Part shown: positions 60,395-64,000 of the stretch, piece by piece
Numbering within the stretch: the stretch's first letter is position 1
Layout: every line of letters starts with the position of its first letter
Assembly: GCA_963738405.1 (NCBI GenBank)
Contig: CAVTWJ010000023.1
Location: forward strand, 288,001 to 352,000
Direction: 5' to 3'
From: a candidate division FCPU426 bacterium
GTDB taxonomy: Bacteria; Oederibacteriota; Muellerivitia; Muellerivitales; Muellerivitaceae
Length of the DNA stretch: 64,000 nt
Made by a program: the position numbers and the translations under genes
The notes under the pieces: generated by a model
What the model was told of the DNA's origin: nothing
Seen by the model: the letters and a program-made list of their open reading frames with translations, nothing else
Database searches by the model: none

Positions 60395-61807
60395 ATGGAT
60401 CACTTACGGGTCGTCATCATCGGGGCCGGCGTTAGCGGCCTGGCTTCGGCCTTGCGGCTGGAGGAATTGGCCAAGGAAAATGGGATTTCTCTCGACCTGA
60501 CGATTCTGGAAGGCGGTTCCAAACCAGGCGGCGTCACTTCCACCATTGAACAAAACGGCTTTCTTATAGAAGAGGGCCCCGATTGTTTTCTCACTGAGAA
60601 ACCCGCCGGGGTCGCACTGGTGAAACGCCTGGGACTGGAAGACCAGCTTATCGGCACCAACCCCAACATTCACCAGTCGTTTATCCTGAAGCACAATCGG
60701 CTCTACCCCATCCCTGAGGGTTTCTACATGATGGCCCCCTCCCGAATCATGCCCCTCCTCACCACGCCCCTTCTTTCACCTCTGGGAAAACTACGCGCTG
60801 CCTTAGAGCCCTTCATTCCCGCCCGCAAGGATGTGCAGGATGAAAGCATCGGCCACTTTGTGACCCGCCGTTTGGGCAAAGAAGCATTTCAATACCTGGC
60901 CCAGCCCCTGGTGGGCGGAGTCTACAACGCCGACCCCTTTGAACTGAGCCTCTCGGCCTGCACGCCCCAGTTCAAGGAAATGGAGCAAAAATATGGTTCG
61001 CTGTTGAAAGCCATGGCGGCCCGCAAGCTGAATTCCCAGAAACGAGTCTCCGGTGCCCGCTATTCTCTCTTCGCCACCTTCCCCAAGGGCATGCAAACCC
61101 TAATTGACGCGATGGCTTCTAAGCTTCCCTCGGAAGCCTTTTGGATGAACCATTCGGTCGAATCCCTCAAGCCCAAGGACGGCGGGGGATGGGAAGTCGT
61201 CAACCGCGACCGTTCTTTCGAGGCCGACGCGGTGGTATTGGCCATCCAGCCTAACAAGATGTCCGCCCTTCTGGGTCCATTAGATAAGGAATGGGAAAAA
61301 CTTCTGGCAGGCGTTCCCGCCCATGATTCAGCGACCCTGAACCTGGGCTTCCGCCGGGAGGATGTGGGCCATCCCCTCAACGGATACGGGTTTGTGGTTC
61401 CCTCGGTTGAGAACAAACTTTGCGTGGGGGTTTCCTTTGTCAGCCAAAAATTCGCCGGGCGCGCCCCGGAAGGGAACGTACTGATCCGAGTCTTTTTAGG
61501 AAAAGAAGCCGTTGCCCTTTACCAATCCCAGGGATCCGACAAGCTGTTGGAGGCTCTTCCAGCGGAACTAACCCCTATTCTTCAACTCAAGAGCCATCCC
61601 CTCTTCCATCATTTGGCGGTTTATCAGAAATCCCAGTCCTATTACCGGCCCGGCCATCTCAGCCTGGCCGCGAGGCTTCTGGAAAAGGCCGGGGAAACTA
61701 AGGGCCTCTACCTAGGCGGGAACGGGCTGGTCGGAAGCGGCATCCCCGATTGCGTGGCTTCAGGTGAAACCGCCGCGGACAAGATCATTACGGATTTCAA
61801 AACCTAG
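60395..61807 (+). CDS. hemY: HemY-type proto/coproporphyrinogen oxidase
   Basis: IIGAGVSGL, EEGPDCFL, PLVGGVY, GYGFVVP, KFAGRAP, GSGIPDC. Confidence 0.93.
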   Translation: MDHLRVVIIGAGVSGLASALRLEELAKENGISLDLTILEGGSKPGGVTSTIEQNGFLIEEGPDCFLTEKPAGVALVKRLGLEDQLIGTNPNIHQSFILKHNRLYPIPEGFYMMAPSRIMPLLTTPLLSPLGKLRAALEPFIPARKDVQDESIGHFVTRRLGKEAFQYLAQPLVGGVYNADPFELSLSACTPQFKEMEQKYGSLLKAMAARKLNSQKRVSGARYSLFATFPKGMQTLIDAMASKLPSEAFWMNHSVESLKPKDGGGWEVVNRDRSFEADAVVLAIQPNKMSALLGPLDKEWEKLLAGVPAHDSATLNLGFRREDVGHPLNGYGFVVPSVENKLCVGVSFVSQKFAGRAPEGNVLIRVFLGKEAVALYQSQGSDKLLEALPAELTPILQLKSHPLFHHLAVYQKSQSYYRPGHLSLAARLLEKAGETKGLYLGGNGLVGSGIPDCVASGETAADKIITDFKT

Positions 61808-61832
61808 AACCTTTAATTCACATCAAAGAATC

Positions 61833-61940
61833 TTTAGCCACAGATGCATAGGATTCATTGGATTAACCCTTATCACAAAAACAAATCCTGCCCTTCTTGT
61901 TTTCGATTTATCCCATGCATCCCATGAATCTGTGGCTGAA
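61833..61940. repeat. Intergenic imperfect inverted repeat with 9-bp periodic arms (REP/MITE-like)
   Basis: 61833-61866 TTTAGCCACAGATGCATAGGATTCATTGGATTAA vs reverse complement of 61907-61940 TTCAGCCACAGATTCATGGGATGCATGGGATAAA, 28/34 identical. Confidence 0.8.
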
Positions 61941-62023
61941 TTAGGTTTTTATTCTGCCTTTTGCTGGGTTCAGGGCCCCTCTCTGTGGTAAAACCTTCCC
62001 TCCAACTCTTAAAGGAAGCCGCC

Positions 62024-63217
62024 ATGGATTACTCCCGTTTCTTTTCCCAAAGTTCAAACCGAATGAAGCCCTCCGTCATTCGAGCCCTATTAAAGCTGGT
62101 CCAGCAATCCGACATCATTTCTTTCGCCGGGGGCACCCCCGACGCCGAACTGTTTCCACGGGACCTTTTGGCCGACATCGCCTCCCGTGTCATCCGGGAG
62201 CAGGGCCGATTGTCGCTTCAATACGGCGAGACCATCGGTTGGAAGCCTTTCCGGGAACAGGTAGCCCATTACCTGGCCTCCCAAGGCATCGATTGCACTT
62301 ATGAAAATATCCTCATCACCACGGGCAGCCAACAGGGGCTATATCTGTCCGGTCTAACCTTGATGAACCCCGGCGACTCGGTGATGGTGGAAGAACCCAG
62401 CTACTTGGGCGGCCTGTTGGCTTTTAAGAATTTTTCCGCCAACTTTATACCTGTTCCCTGCGGCGAAAAGGGTATGGACCCAGCCGATGTGGATAAGGCC
62501 CTCTCCAGCGCTTATCCCAAGCCCAGACTTCTCTACACCATCCCCACCTTTCAAAACCCCGCTGGGTCCACCATGCCCGAAATGCAAAGGGCCCAACTGA
62601 TTGAAATCGCCCGCAACCATGATCTTTTGATCATTGAGGATAACCCCTACGGCGAATTGAACTTCACCGGCAAGCCCATCAAATCCATCAAGTCCTTTGA
62701 CAAGGATGGCCGGGTGATTTACCTCGGCAGTTTCAGCAAGATCGCCTCGCCGGGCATGCGCCTAGGCTGGGTCTGCGCCGACCCGGACCTGGTGGGCCGC
62801 ATGGCCACCGCCAAGGAAACGGCCGATGTCTGCACCGACGTTCTTTCACAGACTATCGCGGCGGAATTTTTTAGAAGCGGCCACCTAAAGGACCATTTGG
62901 ACAAACTAATCGGCACCTACCAAAAACGCAGGGACGCCATGCTTGCGGCAATCAAGGAATACTTCCCCAAGGAAATCCGCTACAACCATCCCTTGGGAGG
63001 CTTTTTCGTGTGGGCTGAACTGCCGGAGGGGCTGAACGCCGTGACCTTGTTTGAAAAGGCCGTCGCTGCCAAGGTGGCCTATGTGGTGGGCACGGCCTTT
63101 TACACGAAGGAAGGCCAGGGTTTAAACACCCTTCGTTTGACCTACTGCGCGGTGGATGAAGAAAGAATAAGGGAAGGCATTCAGCGTTTAGGCAAGGTCT
63201 TCAAAGAAGCCCTTTAA
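62024..63217 (+). CDS. PLP-dependent class I aminotransferase (LysN/2-aminoadipate transaminase-like)
   Basis: ISFAGG.P, LQYG, TGSQQ, PTFQNPAG, IEDNPY, GSFSKIASPGMRLGW. Confidence 0.9.
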   Translation: MDYSRFFSQSSNRMKPSVIRALLKLVQQSDIISFAGGTPDAELFPRDLLADIASRVIREQGRLSLQYGETIGWKPFREQVAHYLASQGIDCTYENILITTGSQQGLYLSGLTLMNPGDSVMVEEPSYLGGLLAFKNFSANFIPVPCGEKGMDPADVDKALSSAYPKPRLLYTIPTFQNPAGSTMPEMQRAQLIEIARNHDLLIIEDNPYGELNFTGKPIKSIKSFDKDGRVIYLGSFSKIASPGMRLGWVCADPDLVGRMATAKETADVCTDVLSQTIAAEFFRSGHLKDHLDKLIGTYQKRRDAMLAAIKEYFPKEIRYNHPLGGFFVWAELPEGLNAVTLFEKAVAAKVAYVVGTAFYTKEGQGLNTLRLTYCAVDEERIREGIQRLGKVFKEAL

Positions 63218-63220
63218 GCC

Positions 63221-63604
63221 TTAGAGCCGGTAAGGGACGATGACAAAAGGATGTTTAGCTGGCGGAAAGTCCCTTGTATTGCGGGTCGCCAAAGACAGGG
63301 AATGGGCTTGAGCCAGCGCGGCTTGGAAAGCATCCGGAAGCTTCCACTTAAACTGCCGCCTTAATTGCGCCGCTTGATCCGCTATGACCGAGTTGATTTC
63401 CAAAATTGGGTATCTATCCAGCAAAACCTTAATTTCATCGGTTTCGTCCGGGCCATATCCCGTTAAAACTTCCGCCCGCGTAATAACCGATAGAACGCAC
63501 TCATGGTCATGCGAAATCAAAAAATGACTCGCCGCTGTTATGGAGTTTAAATGGTCTATGACGACCATCGAGTCCAAAAGATATCGGAGGGATTTTACCG
63601 CCAT
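63221..63604 (-). CDS. vapC: PIN-domain toxin (VapC family)
   Basis: YLLDSMVVID, SVITRAEV, KLPDAFQAA, LATRNTRDF. Confidence 0.9.
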   Translation of the reverse strand: MAVKSLRYLLDSMVVIDHLNSITAASHFLISHDHECVLSVITRAEVLTGYGPDETDEIKVLLDRYPILEINSVIADQAAQLRRQFKWKLPDAFQAALAQAHSLSLATRNTRDFPPAKHPFVIVPYRL

Positions 63605-63834
63605 TCGCTTCTGATTTTCTTTTGGTATTTCAAGCCGTCCCCATATTTCCAGGTACCCCGGGTCCGGTCCAAAATTTCCTTGAGAGAAGGTTGAGGTTTT
63701 TCTTCTTTTGTCCGGTATTCTTGAATGGCCTCGCGGACCACTTGTGTCATGGTTTGATGCGTTTCCTGCGCCCTTTGGTCAAGCCACTTTTTATCCACAG
63801 GGTCCAGGCTGATAATAGTTCGTGTTTTCTTCAC
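63595..63834 (-). CDS. vapB: Ribbon-helix-helix antitoxin (VapB-like)
   Basis: RTIISLD..DKKWL...MTQVVREAIQEY; C-terminal GTWK...YQKKIRSEW; overlaps the toxin start. Confidence 0.85.
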   Translation of the reverse strand: MKKTRTIISLDPVDKKWLDQRAQETHQTMTQVVREAIQEYRTKEEKPQPSLKEILDRTRGTWKYGDGLKYQKKIRSEWR

Positions 63835-63845
63835 AACAATCTCCT

Positions 63846-63876
63846 TGATATCGCCTTACTTAAAAATGATATCATT
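63846..63876. promoter_or_regulatory. Putative vapBC autoregulatory operator
   Basis: TGATATC (63846-63852) and perfect palindrome AATGATATCATT (63865-63876); GATATC cores 21 bp apart. Confidence 0.55.
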
Positions 63877-63906
63877 GTGAAAAACTAGCTTCAACGGGAA
63901 AAACCA

Positions 63907-64000
63907 ATGGAAAAAAAACACAAATATCTCATGCTTAACAAGCCCAAGGGCTATGTGGTCACCCGATCCGACGAGAAGGACCGCAAGATCGTTTATGAAC
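63907..64000 (+). CDS. RsuA/RluE-family pseudouridine synthase (5' part only)
   Basis: MEKKHKYLMLNKPKGYVVTRSDEKDRKIVYE; the NKPxG motif starts immediately, so there is no S4 domain. Confidence 0.8.
   Translation, partial: MEKKHKYLMLNKPKGYVVTRSDEKDRKIVYE

Overview
A gene-dense bacterial chromosomal segment, about 64 CDS plus 3 tRNAs. A PilQ secretin suggests a diderm host; the taxon cannot be fixed from sequence alone. Most of 1-50 kb is on the minus strand: partial alaS, recX, pdxJ-cdaR-cdaA-folP-folE-ftsH-tilS, tRNA-Met, metF, a YfhO-like GT-C protein, folB-folK/folM, yciH, tRNA-fMet and tRNA-Leu, ftsB, a roadblock + TPR-roadblock pair, aroB/K/C, a type IV pilus locus (pilBTC, pilMNOPQ), aroE-rsmE-dnaJ, ferredoxin, thiC, a stand-alone ThiD2 domain, a ComB-like protein, accC-accB-efp, and a glycosylation cluster (asnB, GT-C::GT4 fusion, GT4, a Trm112 gene missed by the ORF track, methyltransferase). 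From 51 kb the genes are mostly on the plus strand: a complete Anbu operon (CP-ATP-grasp, alpha-E, Anbu, transglutaminase), a GT39-like gene on the minus strand, hemD::hemE-hemH-hemY, a PLP aminotransferase, a vapBC pair and a partial pseudouridine synthase. I saw no CRISPR array, integrase, transposase or rRNA. The most unusual items are a ~200-nt nested inverted repeat upstream of dnaJ, two intergenic palindromes built from 8/9-bp periodic arms, the pilus-linked roadblock module, the Anbu system, several domain fusions and a probable CTG start. All calls come from motif recognition by eye; no database searches were run.
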